This document shows positions 19,011-29,562 of a DNA stretch of 64,000 nt, piece by piece (positions within the stretch are counted from its first letter, which is position 1; each line of letters opens with the position of its first letter). The stretch is from Parcubacteria group bacterium GW2011_GWA2_47_21 (GTDB lineage: Bacteria; Patescibacteriota; Minisyncoccia; Phycocordibacterales; DSPV01), in the NCBI GenBank assembly GCA_001000545.1, contig LCOC01000005.1, forward strand, positions 10,013 through 74,012, written 5' to 3'. The notes below the pieces were generated by a model, which had not been told where the DNA came from, ran no database searches, and saw only the letters and a program-made list of their open reading frames with translations. The translations under genes were made by a program, and so were the position numbers.

Positions 19011-19439
19011 CTACGGGCAGGTCTCAAACACAAACTTGCTGCCGGTAACCTGGCCGACTGTTTCGTTTAAGACCGTAGCGATAAGCCACGACCCCAATAA
19101 TACCGCCGTGCCGATAACCGCGCCGACAAAGGCGGTGCGGGCATTTTTTAGCGCCGCGGTGTCCCCTCCCGCCGTTACAAACAGAAAACCGGAGTAAATG
19201 ATAAATACGGCGGCGACAATAATGCCAATTTTAAGGAGGATATTAATGAACCCTTTGAGAAAACAGTAGATTGATGTTGAACAAAGGGGGTTGGGGAATC
19301 CCGTGCCCTCTCCTATGCTCCCGCCTGCCGGCGGCGTGCAGGCCGCGAGGACAAGCGCCGGCGCAATCGCGGTTAATAAAAGAATCAAAACCAGCGCCGG
19401 TATTTTTATTTTTTTGAAAAATTTGTTGAAAAACGCCAT
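19011..19439 (-). CDS. VirB2/TrbC-like pilin
   Basis: PNPL motif and IIYSGFLFVTAGGD...AVIGTAVLLGSW. Confidence 0.88.
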   Translation of the reverse strand: MAFFNKFFKKIKIPALVLILLLTAIAPALVLAACTPPAGGSIGEGTGFPNPLCSTSIYCFLKGFINILLKIGIIVAAVFIIYSGFLFVTAGGDTAALKNARTAFVGAVIGTAVLLGSWLIATVLNETVGQVTGSKFVFETCP

Positions 19440-19480
19440 AAATTCAATTCGGCCGAACTAAATTGTAACATATCGCCGCC

Positions 19481-19969
19481 CTACGGAAGATTCGAGAGTT
19501 GATAACCTGCCTTGGCGAGAACGGAAAGAATCGTGTCCACGATTAGCCAAGCGGTCAAAACCAGCACGAATCCTATAGCCGCATTTTTGAAAATCTTGTG
19601 GGCTTGCTTGATTTGGCCGACATCCCCGCCGGCGGTCATATATTTAAAACCGGCGAAAGCGAAAAGAAGAACGGCAATTAAAACGCTCATGTAAATCATG
19701 AAGTCCAGGAGATTATTCGCCAGAGCGACGGCGCCGTTCCAGTTACATTCCTCCATTGTGTTGGCATACGCCGGCCCATCATATGGGGCTACTCTGGTTG
19801 GCGGACCGCCTCCGGCCGGGTTTTCAATTTTACCGTCTCCATTCAAATCGTACCCGCACGGCACAAGCGCCTCTCCGGGTTTCCAAGCGAAAACCGCCGT
19901 TGGAACAAAAGTAAGCAAGACCACTACTACTCCGCAAAAGACCAAAAAAATATTTAGAGGGCGAGCCAT
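19481..19969 (-). CDS. VirB2/TrbC-like pilin with Cys-bounded variable loop
   Basis: LVPCG...EEC loop, then FAFAGFKYMTAGGD...AWLIVDTIL. Confidence 0.88.
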   Translation of the reverse strand: MARPLNIFLVFCGVVVVLLTFVPTAVFAWKPGEALVPCGYDLNGDGKIENPAGGGPPTRVAPYDGPAYANTMEECNWNGAVALANNLLDFMIYMSVLIAVLLFAFAGFKYMTAGGDVGQIKQAHKIFKNAAIGFVLVLTAWLIVDTILSVLAKAGYQLSNLP

Positions 19970-19973
19970 TAAG

Positions 19974-20249
19974 TTATTTTACTATTAACTGAAGTCCCAA
20001 ACCATTAGTAACTTTTTTCAAAAAGGAAAGAGTCGGGTTAATCCTGCCCGACTCAAAACGAGCAAGCGCCGATTGCGTTACGCCAATCCTGCCCGCCAGC
20101 TGTTTTTGGGTTACCTTTTTATTTATTCGGGCCCGAATCATTGATTCGATAATGCGAAATTCCAAATCAATATCGGCTAATGCTTTTCGCACCCCTGCCC
20201 GTTTCAAAGAGGCCCGCTTAAATTGTTCAAATGTCTTCATTTTAATCAC
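19974..20249 (-). CDS. XRE-family HTH antitoxin (HigA-like)
   Basis: TQKQLAGRIGVTQSALARFESGRINPTL. Confidence 0.9.
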   Translation of the reverse strand: MIKMKTFEQFKRASLKRAGVRKALADIDLEFRIIESMIRARINKKVTQKQLAGRIGVTQSALARFESGRINPTLSFLKKVTNGLGLQLIVK

Positions 20250-20275
20250 AAGGTCAATATAACATATACGCTATA

Positions 20276-20614
20276 TCAACGCAACCGCTTTTTCAACTGC
20301 AACACATAGTCAATCTCTTTTTTAGGAATCTTATTCGTCTTTTTAATAAGAGCGTGCAAAACCATGACTTCATCATTACGGTAAACAAAGAAAATTCTTA
20401 TATGCTTCACCCCAATCACTCGTAGCTCAAATATCCCTTGAGCCAGATATTTTGTATGCGGATATGCGGCAGTATTTCCGTATTTTTCAAGCAAACTTAA
20501 TGACCTGTTTATTCTAGCAACTGAACTATCGTCTAATGATAAAAGAAAGTCATAGGTCTTTGAAAAAAGAAATTTAATTTCCCTGCGCGCATTTAAGTAA
20601 TTCTTATCGTCCAA
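20276..20614 (-). CDS. RelE/HigB (Gp49-like) toxin; start uncertain
   Basis: PHTKYL..GIFELRV...HALIKKTNKIP; toxin-first gene order. Confidence 0.85.
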   Translation of the reverse strand: MDDKNYLNARREIKFLFSKTYDFLLSLDDSSVARINRSLSLLEKYGNTAAYPHTKYLAQGIFELRVIGVKHIRIFFVYRNDEVMVLHALIKKTNKIPKKEIDYVLQLKKRLR

Positions 20615-21890
20615 TCAGCGCGCTAAGTTCCGTGTTGGCTTGGCCGACCGCCTCGCTCACGCTTAAGCGGCCGGTAACCACCGCTTCAACCATCCGCTGG
20701 AAAATGGCGGACGTGGCGGATGGCGACGGGTCAGGCCAGCCCCTCGCCCAAAGCGCCGATTGGTCAAAAATGGCCCGCGCCGGATTGGTCTGGTCGGTGA
20801 AAAGCAAATCGCGCCTCGCCGACGGCAGGCCGGTCTTCGCGGACCACAGAAGTCCCGCGTTTTTATCAGTCAGCAAATAAATCCGGCTGACGGCGGCGGA
20901 GATGTTTCGGGAGGTTTTAAGAACCGCAACGGCGCGCATTTTACCGAAAGTGATTTTGTTCTTGGAATCCTTAAGCTGGGGAAGGCGGGAGACATCAAAA
21001 TTCAAATTGGGATTTTTCTCCCGAATCTCCTTAAATTCCGAAGCGAAACCGATGTAAATCGGCAAGGCGCCGGCCAGAAAATAATCTTTGGCCGGCGGAA
21101 AACTTTTATTCCACGAATAAACGGTCTTAAGCGGATTGGCAAAATCGGTGTAAAAACTCAAGACGGAAACAGCCGGATAAAGTTGCCCGACTGAATCCGC
21201 CAAAACCGCGTTAAAACCCTCGGGTGTCTTACCGATAATCGGCGTCCCCGCTTGAAGCAGGAGGGCCGAAAGAATCTCTTTGGCGTGGTTCACATTGCCG
21301 TATTCGCCGAAAGCCAAAGCGGGACTTACGACTTCGCCTTTTTCCGTTCGTTTGGCCAAACGGGAAACGACATAAAACATCTCCTCCCAAAATTCCGGCG
21401 GTCTGGGCAAACCGGCGGCCGAGAAAGAATCGCGGTTCCAATAAAGCACCAGCGGGTCAACGGAGAGGGGCAGGGCGGCGACGCCTTGCTCGGTTAGAAA
21501 CATCCCCCCTTCCTCAAGGAAAGTGTCTTTGAAGTCGCGAATCGGGTAGGAGTCGTAGGGAATGACCATCAACCGACTGGCAACGGCGGTAAAAAAGGAC
21601 TCCGGAAAAATGACAATGTCCGGCGCCACGCCATCGGCGATGGCGCTGATTAAATCCCGCTCAAAAGCCGCTTCGCTTTTGGCGACATAGACATTGGCGG
21701 TTTCGGTCTCCTGCGAGAACGACTCAACAAACGCGGAGTAGCTCGCGTCCGTGGGACCCCAGATTGTCAAATTAACGGCGCCCGGACCGCTTTTCCCTCC
21801 TTTATAAAGGGCAAAAGAAGCAACGCCCGCCAAAATGGCTACAAAAAACAGGCCGAGCAAAACCAGTTGGAATTTCGTCAAATTTTTCAT
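20604..21890 (-). CDS. Extracellular solute-binding protein (sugar-binding family)
   Basis: N-terminal TM anchor, LTIWG, APDIV, LPLSVDPLVLYWNRD. Confidence 0.88.
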   Translation of the reverse strand: MKNLTKFQLVLLGLFFVAILAGVASFALYKGGKSGPGAVNLTIWGPTDASYSAFVESFSQETETANVYVAKSEAAFERDLISAIADGVAPDIVIFPESFFTAVASRLMVIPYDSYPIRDFKDTFLEEGGMFLTEQGVAALPLSVDPLVLYWNRDSFSAAGLPRPPEFWEEMFYVVSRLAKRTEKGEVVSPALAFGEYGNVNHAKEILSALLLQAGTPIIGKTPEGFNAVLADSVGQLYPAVSVLSFYTDFANPLKTVYSWNKSFPPAKDYFLAGALPIYIGFASEFKEIREKNPNLNFDVSRLPQLKDSKNKITFGKMRAVAVLKTSRNISAAVSRIYLLTDKNAGLLWSAKTGLPSARRDLLFTDQTNPARAIFDQSALWARGWPDPSPSATSAIFQRMVEAVVTGRLSVSEAVGQANTELSALIGR

Positions 21891-22414
21891 AGTTTTCTGG
21901 CGGTGAAGCCGTAGTGGTGAGCGCCGGCCAAGAAATTGGCTACGATTTCAAAACCGGATTTCTTAAAAATTTCCTTGGCCGATGCCGGAGGGACAACCAT
22001 ATTTGCCGTTGGCCCCAAATTGCCGAAGGACTCCGACCAATCAATAACAAACGCCCGGCCCCCTTTCTTCAAAATCCTCTTTACTTCGGACACGAGACCG
22101 GCTTTATTTTCCGCTTGAAACAAAACATTGGAGACAACGGCGGCGTCCAAGGAGTCGTCTTTGAGTTTTGTCCCGCCGATTTTTTCCGCGTCGCCCCAAA
22201 TAATTTCCAGATTATTGAGGTGCCCCTCCGCCGCCAAGCTCTTAAGCCGCGTGAGAAGATTCTCTTGCACATCAACGGCAAAAACCCGCCCGGAATCGCC
22301 GACGGCCTTCGCCAGAACCATTGAATACGCTCCGGAACCGGCGCCGATGTCGGCTACCTGCATGCCGGGTATTATGCCAAGCTGGTCAACGATGGATTGA
22401 GGGTTTAGGAACAT
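21887..22414 (-). CDS. Class I SAM-dependent methyltransferase
   Basis: VADIGAGSG, AVDVQ and LKKGG motifs. Confidence 0.9.
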   Translation of the reverse strand: MFLNPQSIVDQLGIIPGMQVADIGAGSGAYSMVLAKAVGDSGRVFAVDVQENLLTRLKSLAAEGHLNNLEIIWGDAEKIGGTKLKDDSLDAAVVSNVLFQAENKAGLVSEVKRILKKGGRAFVIDWSESFGNLGPTANMVVPPASAKEIFKKSGFEIVANFLAGAHHYGFTARKL

Positions 22415-22450
22415 AGCTTCATAGCTTCATAGCTTCATAGCTTCATAGCT
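22412..22450. repeat. 8-bp tandem repeat (CATAGCTT, about 5 copies)
   Basis: Abuts and includes the methyltransferase start codon. Confidence 0.9.
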
Positions 22451-22561
22451 AAAACAAATATGTCTTGAAACCAGTAATTATTTTCACTACCGCTACGATG
22501 ATGAAACTACCTTAAAAGTATACACTAAAATTATACACCAGTTATACACTGGCAAAGAACA

Positions 22562-22643
22562 CCGTGCCTGCCGGCGCGCAACGCGCGCCGGCAGGCACGG
22601 GAAACTATGAAGCTAACGAAGCTAACGAAGCTAACGAAGCTAA
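22562..22643. repeat. REP-like palindrome plus 9-bp tandem repeat (GAAGCTAAC, about 4 copies)
   Basis: ccgtgcctgccggcgcg-caa-cgcgcgccggcaggcacgg at 22562-22600; tandem repeat at 22609-22643. Confidence 0.85.
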
Positions 22644-25096
22644 ATGGTAATAACCGATGCCAGCGAGTCCCCTTCTCTAAGTTTCATTATCCGAACCCCT
22701 TGGGTTTGCCGGCCGAGCGTTGGAATCTCTTTGAGAGCCACCCGAATCACTTGGCCTTTTTTGGAAATCGCCACCAATTCTGTTTCTTCATCGGTAACAA
22801 CCTTTGAGGTGATAAGCGAACCGGTCTTAGCCGTTACTTTGGCGGTCTTGATGCCCGAACCGCCTCGCTTTTGGATTTTGTATTCTTTGAGCTCGGAAAG
22901 CTTGCCGTAGCCATTCTCCGAAATGACAAGGAGCCGGGGGTTCGTCGCGGCCTTCCTCACGACATCGGCGCCGACGACAAAATCGCCCTTGCCGAGCCGC
23001 ACCGCCCGGACCCCGCCCGCGCCCCGCCCCATCACCCGAATATCGGACTCTTTGAAATGGATGGATTGACCTTTCCCCGTCGCCACCGCCGCTTCATCAC
23101 CCTTACCCACGAACGCGGCGTGCTTGAGCTCATCTCCCTGGTCTAAGCGGATGGCGATGATGCCGCTTCGCCTCACATCGTGGAAACCCTTTGAATCCAC
23201 TTTCTTGGCCACGCCGGCTTTAGTCACCATAAGTATGGCCGCTTCGGCTGCTTTGATTTCTTTAGGCATCGGCAAAACGGAAGTGACTTTTTCCTCGGCG
23301 GCCAGAGCCAGAAAATTCATAATGGACTTGCCTTTTGTTGCCCGCCGGCCTTCCGGAATCTCATACATTTTTATCTGATAGGCCTTGCCGCGGTCGGTGA
23401 AAAACAGAAGCTCGCTGTGAGTCGTGGTCGTAAGAAACATAGTCACAAAGTCCTCTTCTTTAGTGTCCAAATCAACCACCCCGACGCCCCCGCGGCGCTG
23501 TTTGCGGTACTCCTCCGGGTCGGTGCGCTTCACATAACCGCCCTTGGTAAGCACCAAAACGCTTTCTTCGTCGGCCACCAAATCCTCCATAGAGAAGCTC
23601 GCCGCCGCCGATTTGACGATTCTGGTCTTGCGCGGGTCGCCGTATTTCTCTTTGATTTCTTTGAATTCGTCTTTGATACTACCTAGAATTTTTTTCGGAT
23701 GAGCAAGGATGTCTTTGAGTTTGGCGATGAGCTCTTGGACACTCTTAAGCTCGTCCTCTATTTTCTTACGCTCCAAGCCCGCCAAGCGGGAAAGTTTCAT
23801 TTCCAAAATCGCCAGCGCCTGTCTTTCCGAAAACTTGAAGGACTTCATAAGGCCGGCTTTGGCTTCCTCCACGTCTTTAGATTTCTTTATTAACTTGATG
23901 ATTTCATCAATGTGGTCAAGGGCCTTCTTGAGGCCTAAGAGAATGTGCTCGCGGTCTTCCGCTTTGGCTAGGTCAAATTTCGTCCGTCGCTCTATCACCA
24001 CTTGGCGGTGAGAAACAAATTCTTCTAAAATGGATTTTAAGGAAAGGGTTTGAGGCACGCCGTTCACGAGCGCCACCATATTGAAATGGAAAGTGTCTTC
24101 CAGAGCGGTATGTTTGTAAAGAAAATTCAAAACGGTCTGGGGATGAGCGCCGTTCTTGAGGTCAATGACAATCCGAATATCGCGGGTGGACTCGTCGCGG
24201 AGCCCCTTAATGCCGTCCAATTTTTTCTCCCTGACCAAGTCGGCGATTTTCTCTATGAGGTCGGCTTTGTTGACGCGGTAAGGGATGGAGGTGATGACGA
24301 TTTGGAAAGCGCCGGCTTTCGTCTCAACAATTTCCGCTTCACCTCGGGCAACGACTCCGCCTTTCCCCGTGCTGTAAGCGTGGCGAATGTCATCCGCGCC
24401 AAAAATCACCCCGCCGGTCGGAAAATCGGGACCTTTGACGAATTTAAGCAAACCATCGGTGGTCATATCCGGGTCGTCTATTAGAGCGGACGCGGCATCC
24501 ACCACTTCGCCTAAGTTGTGAGTCGGAATGTTGGAAGCCATACCAACGGCGATGCCTAGCGTGCCGTTTAGAAGGAGTACCGGCACGGCGGCGGGCAAAA
24601 CTATCGGCTCTTTTTTGGTGCCGTCGTAATTGGGGCGAAAATCAACCGTGTCCTTCTCAATGTCCCGCAAAAGCTCGCCGGCGATTTTTGACATCTTGCA
24701 TTCGGTGTATCGGTACGCCGCCGCACTGTCGCCATCAATTGAACCCCAGTTGCCTTGGCCGATGACCAGTGGATATCTGATAGAAAAATCCTGAACCATT
24801 TTCACCATTGATTCATAGACGGCGGCGTCGCCGTGGGGATGATAACTGCCTAACACATCGCCGACCACCGTCGCCGATTTCTTAAATTTCGCCGAGGCCG
24901 TCAAACCCTTCTCGTGCATCACGTAAAGAATCCGCCGGTGGACCGGCTTTAAGCCGTCTCGCACATCAGGCAAAGCGCGGGCTGTTATCACCGACATGGC
25001 GTAATCCAAATACGCCTCTTTCATCTCCGTGCTGATATTTTGGAGTATCACGGCGCGAGCCACCGGCGCGCTTTTTGGTTCGGATTCTTTGGACAT
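22640..25096 (-). CDS. gyrA: DNA gyrase subunit A
   Basis: [23 protein letters not shown] and GyrA-box QRRGGVG. Confidence 0.97.
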   Translation of the reverse strand: MSKESEPKSAPVARAVILQNISTEMKEAYLDYAMSVITARALPDVRDGLKPVHRRILYVMHEKGLTASAKFKKSATVVGDVLGSYHPHGDAAVYESMVKMVQDFSIRYPLVIGQGNWGSIDGDSAAAYRYTECKMSKIAGELLRDIEKDTVDFRPNYDGTKKEPIVLPAAVPVLLLNGTLGIAVGMASNIPTHNLGEVVDAASALIDDPDMTTDGLLKFVKGPDFPTGGVIFGADDIRHAYSTGKGGVVARGEAEIVETKAGAFQIVITSIPYRVNKADLIEKIADLVREKKLDGIKGLRDESTRDIRIVIDLKNGAHPQTVLNFLYKHTALEDTFHFNMVALVNGVPQTLSLKSILEEFVSHRQVVIERRTKFDLAKAEDREHILLGLKKALDHIDEIIKLIKKSKDVEEAKAGLMKSFKFSERQALAILEMKLSRLAGLERKKIEDELKSVQELIAKLKDILAHPKKILGSIKDEFKEIKEKYGDPRKTRIVKSAAASFSMEDLVADEESVLVLTKGGYVKRTDPEEYRKQRRGGVGVVDLDTKEEDFVTMFLTTTTHSELLFFTDRGKAYQIKMYEIPEGRRATKGKSIMNFLALAAEEKVTSVLPMPKEIKAAEAAILMVTKAGVAKKVDSKGFHDVRRSGIIAIRLDQGDELKHAAFVGKGDEAAVATGKGQSIHFKESDIRVMGRGAGGVRAVRLGKGDFVVGADVVRKAATNPRLLVISENGYGKLSELKEYKIQKRGGSGIKTAKVTAKTGSLITSKVVTDEETELVAISKKGQVIRVALKEIPTLGRQTQGVRIMKLREGDSLASVITI

Positions 25097-25144
25097 AAGC
25101 GGCTATATTTTAGCAGAAAAAGCCGGCTTAAGCCAGCTTGAGTT

Positions 25145-25426
25145 CTAATTAGAAATCGCGTCGCTTGACGTCGCCAACGCCCCGAAATTTTCTTTAATCG
25201 CCTTAAACGATTCGCCGAAAGTGGAAAAACTTTCTTTCAGAACATTGAAAGGATTTTCGGTCTCTGCCCGTTTCTTTGCCTCGGCGTTAACCGCCAATTT
25301 GACTCGTAAATTGACAAGCCAAAAACCGGTAACGATGACGGTAAAAATGACAGTTACCGCCAAAGCAATCTGCCGCCTCCGCTCCGCCGGCAACCTCCTC
25401 AAGTTGTCTAGAATATTAAAAAACAT
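25145..25426 (-). CDS. Small single-TM hypothetical protein
   Basis: 93 aa with one TM segment; co-oriented with neighbours. Confidence 0.7.
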   Translation of the reverse strand: MFFNILDNLRRLPAERRRQIALAVTVIFTVIVTGFWLVNLRVKLAVNAEAKKRAETENPFNVLKESFSTFGESFKAIKENFGALATSSDAISN

Positions 25427-25531
25427 GGAAAAAATAATAGGTAAGCGAGGTCAATTTGCTAGTAGCTGCAAGTTGAAAAAATCTTAAATCCTAAACAAAC
25501 CCCCAAATCATTTGTATATTGGTATAGTCAT

Positions 25532-26182
25532 TTATGGCTCTTTGAGCACCACTATCTCTCCCTCCTTGCCCTCCAAATCCTTTTTCTTGACTGTAAGCTT
25601 TTCAATGGGTTTGACTCCCTCGGCGCCGCTTTCTTTTAGAAAATTTTTAAGCGCATTGGGAACGCCAATCTCGCCAAAGTGAATCGGAATAATAATTTTC
25701 GGCTCTATCGCGACGGAGAGTTTATAGGCCTCGGCGGGAGTCAAAACGCCCTCGCCGCCAATCGGTATGAATAGAATATCAACATTATCAATCGCCTCAT
25801 TGGCTTCATGGGGCAAATCCTTGGTGTTTATCGCCCCCAAGTAACAGAGATTCATACCCTCCAAAGAAATCTGGTAGACGGTGTTTATTCTGTCGGCGGC
25901 AGCCGGTTTCTTGCCGTCATAACGGGAGGCGGATAAAAAACCTTTGATGAGCACGTCTTTAATTTCGTATTCACCCGGCCCTTGGACGATAAACGGCTGC
26001 TTGTCGCCAAACGCTGCTGCTTCAAAGCCGTTCGTATCCGCGTGATTTAGAGAAATCAAAGTCATATCAGCGCCGAACCGCGCCGCTTTTAAATTTGATT
26101 CTTTGGAAATAGGCCCGAGAGCGATGACGGTATTGCCGAATTGGAGCCGCACGCATTCCGCGCCATGGTAAGTGATTATCAT
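25532..26182 (-). CDS. Metallo-beta-lactamase-fold protein
   Basis: MIITYHG, GPGEYEI, DILFIPIGG and IIIPIH; metal motif partly degenerate. Confidence 0.85.
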   Translation of the reverse strand: MIITYHGAECVRLQFGNTVIALGPISKESNLKAARFGADMTLISLNHADTNGFEAAAFGDKQPFIVQGPGEYEIKDVLIKGFLSASRYDGKKPAAADRINTVYQISLEGMNLCYLGAINTKDLPHEANEAIDNVDILFIPIGGEGVLTPAEAYKLSVAIEPKIIIPIHFGEIGVPNALKNFLKESGAEGVKPIEKLTVKKKDLEGKEGEIVVLKEP

Positions 26183-26290
26183 ACGACTATTATATAACAG
26201 GAATGCCGCGAATGAAAAACAAAGTGTCGCAAATCAACTGCCCAGAAGAGCGTGCTCTAAGTTGATTCACAAATATAAGCTGGCGTAACC

Positions 26291-26337
26291 TGTGAAAATC
26301 AGTTCTTCATAAATTGTGAGGAACTGATTTTCACAGA
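26291..26337. repeat. Long hairpin
   Basis: ctgtgaaaatcagttcttca-taaattg-tgaggaactgattttcacag. Confidence 0.75.
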
Positions 26338-26555
26338 ATCATAAAAACCCAAACTCACCCTCATGTTTCCCAAGGAAAAAATCTTTTGAAATCTTTTGCG
26401 AAACTCCGAGCGAAGAAGTTCGCCAAACGCGTAAGTCCAGAAATAGACAAAATGCGCTTTTCCCTTATACTACTCCTATTAACAACGCTGAAGCCGGTTA
26501 ACCCCGTTTGAGGCCGAAACGACTGCCAAACGGACACTACGCTTCGCAAAAACAA

Positions 26556-27740
26556 ATGACCATAAAAGAGGATGTTAAGAAAAATAATAAAGTCGGCGAA
26601 AATGATTCAATAGACATTGGAAAAGAGGAAAATTTAGAAAAAAACGAGAGCGGTTTAGCCCCCAAAAAAGACGGGCTGATGACGAAACTTATCGGCAGTT
26701 CGGCTAATCCCCCGCAAGCCGGCGATTTGGTGGAAGGTCAAGTAAGCGCCGTGGAAAAAGCCGCTGTCTACGTGGATTTGCCGCCGTTCGGGGCCGGCAT
26801 TATTTATGGCCGGGAATACCAAAACGCCCGCGATTTGGTCAAAAAAATCCAAATCGGCGACAAGATTACGGCAAAGGTGGTAGACGCCGGCAATGAAAAC
26901 GGTTACATAGAATTATCTCTCCGCGAAGCCCGCCAAGCCCTTGTCTGGAACGAGGCCGAAGTGGCCATTAAAGAGCAGAAGGTGTTTGAATTGCCGATTA
27001 AAGACGCCAATAAAGGCGGCTTAATTATTGAGTGGCAAGGCATAGTCGGTTTCCTGCCCGCTTCCCAGCTTAAAAGCGAACACTACCCGAGAGTTGAGGG
27101 CGGCGACAAAGACAAGATTTTGGACGAACTCAAGAAGTTGGTCGGCACGCGCATGTCAGTCGCCATCATCACTGCGCTCCCCAAAGAGGGTAAATTGATT
27201 TTCTCCGAAAAGACATCCGAGGAGAAAGAGAAAGGCAAGATGGTGGAGAAATACAGCGTCGGCGACGAGTTGGCCGGCGTGGTAACCGGCATTGTTGACT
27301 TCGGCGTCTTCATCAAACTTGAAGACAATCTGGAGGGCTTGGTTCATATTTCAGAAATTGATTGGGGTTTGGTGGAAGACCCGCGAAAAATGTGCAAAGT
27401 CGGCGACCATGTGAAAGTAAAAGTCATTGAAGTCAAAGACGGCAAAGTGTCTCTTTCAATCAAGGCCTTAAAACCGAACCCGTGGATTGACGCGGCGACC
27501 AAATATAAAAAAGGCGACACGGTCAAGGGCATCATCATTAAATACAACAAGCACGGCGCGCTCGCTTCAATAGAAGAGGGAGTGGCCGGCTTGGTCCACA
27601 TCTCGGAATTCGGCGGAAGCGAGGAGAAACTCCGCGCGGCGCTTGAACTGGGCAAAGGATACGATTTCAAAATCGCCCTTTTTGACGCCAAAGAAATGAA
27701 GATGGCGCTCTCCTTTGCGGAGGCGAGTAAGAAGCAGTGA
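26556..27740 (+). CDS. rpsA: 30S ribosomal protein S1 (four S1 domains)
   Basis: Repeated S1 motifs (GFLPASQL, EGLVHISEI, GLVHISEF); start taken at ATG 26556. Confidence 0.92.
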   Translation: MTIKEDVKKNNKVGENDSIDIGKEENLEKNESGLAPKKDGLMTKLIGSSANPPQAGDLVEGQVSAVEKAAVYVDLPPFGAGIIYGREYQNARDLVKKIQIGDKITAKVVDAGNENGYIELSLREARQALVWNEAEVAIKEQKVFELPIKDANKGGLIIEWQGIVGFLPASQLKSEHYPRVEGGDKDKILDELKKLVGTRMSVAIITALPKEGKLIFSEKTSEEKEKGKMVEKYSVGDELAGVVTGIVDFGVFIKLEDNLEGLVHISEIDWGLVEDPRKMCKVGDHVKVKVIEVKDGKVSLSIKALKPNPWIDAATKYKKGDTVKGIIIKYNKHGALASIEEGVAGLVHISEFGGSEEKLRAALELGKGYDFKIALFDAKEMKMALSFAEASKKQ

Positions 27741-27901
27741 GAAGTTGTGTTGTCAATGTTTCTTTAAATTCCGTCTTTAAAAAAAGAAACGGGGCCGCTT
27801 CGCGGGCGGGGCATTAAAACCCTGCCCTTTGGAAACTCTTGCCCCCGCAGCCAGCTGCGGGGAAAGCTCCTGTATTCTAAAGACATTGTAAAAACACTCC
27901 C

Positions 27902-28000
27902 CCGTGTCAACCTGCCAGGTTGACACGGAAATATGGCTTAACAAAAGCTTGGGCGCATCAGATTCTCCCAAACCGATTTGGGAGGAGCTGATGCTCCCAA
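27902..28000. repeat. Cluster of palindromes
   Basis: ccgtgtcaacctgccaggttgacacgg and tgggcgcatcag...ctgatgctccca. Confidence 0.7.
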
Positions 28001-28047
28001 AATGCTCCCGAAGACGGTGTTCCCGGAAGCTGAAAAATTAATGGGAG

Positions 28048-28641
28048 TTATGAAATCTTATTGAACTCCCCCATCGCCATCTCCCGCCCTAAAGTAATAA
28101 TCATTTGAAGCGCTTCATTCGTTTTCTTGGAAAGTTTCTTAAGAGCGGCAAGTTCGGCGGGTTTAAATTTGCCTAAAATGTGTTCAATAACGGCTTTTTC
28201 TCCGGCCGGCTTTTTTACTTTGCCTTTGGCGCCGGCGGACGAGATGCCGACCCGCACGCGGACGAAACCGTCGGTCTTGAGCATTTTGGAAATTGAGGCG
28301 ACGCCGCGATGTCCGCCGGCGCTTTTGTTGAAGGAAATTTTAAACCGGCCAAGCGGCAAATCTAAGTCATCGTGAACCACGACGAGCGCTTCGGCTTTTT
28401 TAGGCGAAATAATGAGTCCCTTAACGGCCTCGCCTGATTTATTCATAAAAGTCCCGGGCAGAAGAAGCAAGATTTTTTCTTTTCCGACTTTGCCTTCCGA
28501 AGTCAAGGACTTCTTTTTTTTATTTTCCTGCCAATCCGGAAAACCGGCGTAACGCCTGAAATTCTCAACCAAAAATGCCCCGGTATTATGACGAGTGTTT
28601 TCGTATTCGGCTCCCGGATTGCCCAAACCGACAATAATCAT
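28048..28641 (-). CDS. pth: Peptidyl-tRNA hydrolase
   Basis: IVGLGNPG..Y..TRHN, FMNKSG and HDDLDLP. Confidence 0.97.
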   Translation of the reverse strand: MIIVGLGNPGAEYENTRHNTGAFLVENFRRYAGFPDWQENKKKKSLTSEGKVGKEKILLLLPGTFMNKSGEAVKGLIISPKKAEALVVVHDDLDLPLGRFKISFNKSAGGHRGVASISKMLKTDGFVRVRVGISSAGAKGKVKKPAGEKAVIEHILGKFKPAELAALKKLSKKTNEALQMIITLGREMAMGEFNKIS

Positions 28642-28879
28642 AAAAAATTTAAAGTAGAAAAGTCAAAGCGTAAAATGACAAAACTACAATTGACCTAAAT
28701 TAGGATTTGAGAATTGTTTAGAATAATTAGGATAATCAGGTAAATGAGAAATTGATTTATCATTCTTAATTTTGCCTGACTCGCTCAATGTTCCCGCAGT
28801 CGGCCGAGTGAACGTTTGCATTCTACATTCATCTTGAGTATTGCGTCAACGGCGCAAAAGGTAATACAATGTCGGCAAT

Positions 28880-29491
28880 ATGAATAAAGAGCAATCAAGC
28901 GCGAACGATGGAAACGCCGCTAACCCAACCCCCAAAAAAGAAAATTTCTGGTGGGAAACGCTAAAAATCATCATTACCACGCTGGCCATCGTTCTGCCTA
29001 TCCGTTACTTCATCGCCCAACCGTTCATTGTCGCCGGCAGTTCCATGTACCCCACTTTTGAGAACGGCGAGTACCTTATTATAGACGAAATTTCCTACCG
29101 ATTCGGCCCGCCAGAGCGCGGTGATGTCATAGTGTTCCGCTATCCCGGCAATCCGAAAAAGTTCTACATTAAAAGGATAGTCGGGTTGCCGGAAGAAACG
29201 ATAAAAATCAGAGACGAGGAAATCTTCATCACCACGCCGGCCGGCGAAACCTTTGAACTCTCGGAGTCCTATCTAAAAAGGCCGTCGCCGGGCAATTTCG
29301 TCTCTAATCTGGGACCGGACGAATATTACGTCTTGGGCGATAATCGGCAGGAAAGCTCTGACTCGCGCGTCTGGGGCGTTCTTCCCAAAGAGCTCATTAT
29401 CGGCAAACCGGTTGTCCGACTTTTACCTATCGGTAAAATAGACCTCTACCCGGGCAGGTTAACGGACGGCGAAGCGGCGACATCCGACTGA
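28880..29491 (+). CDS. lepB: Signal peptidase I
   Basis: GSSMYPT, YIKRIVGLP and GDNRQESSDSR. Confidence 0.96.
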   Translation: MNKEQSSANDGNAANPTPKKENFWWETLKIIITTLAIVLPIRYFIAQPFIVAGSSMYPTFENGEYLIIDEISYRFGPPERGDVIVFRYPGNPKKFYIKRIVGLPEETIKIRDEEIFITTPAGETFELSESYLKRPSPGNFVSNLGPDEYYVLGDNRQESSDSRVWGVLPKELIIGKPVVRLLPIGKIDLYPGRLTDGEAATSD

Positions 29492-29562
29492 GGAGTGGGG
29501 AAAAATAGATTGGCCGGCAAAAAATTTTTTGATTTTAAAATTACTTCAAAAAAACGCCAAAA

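Noticed and set aside
14892-19969. Pilin array as a conjugative element or integron
   Set aside because: No relaxase, VirB4, coupling protein, integron integrase or attC-like sites seen.
24810-24845. GyrA Ala at the Ser83-equivalent position ([10 protein letters not shown])
   Set aside because: A common natural variant; not notable.
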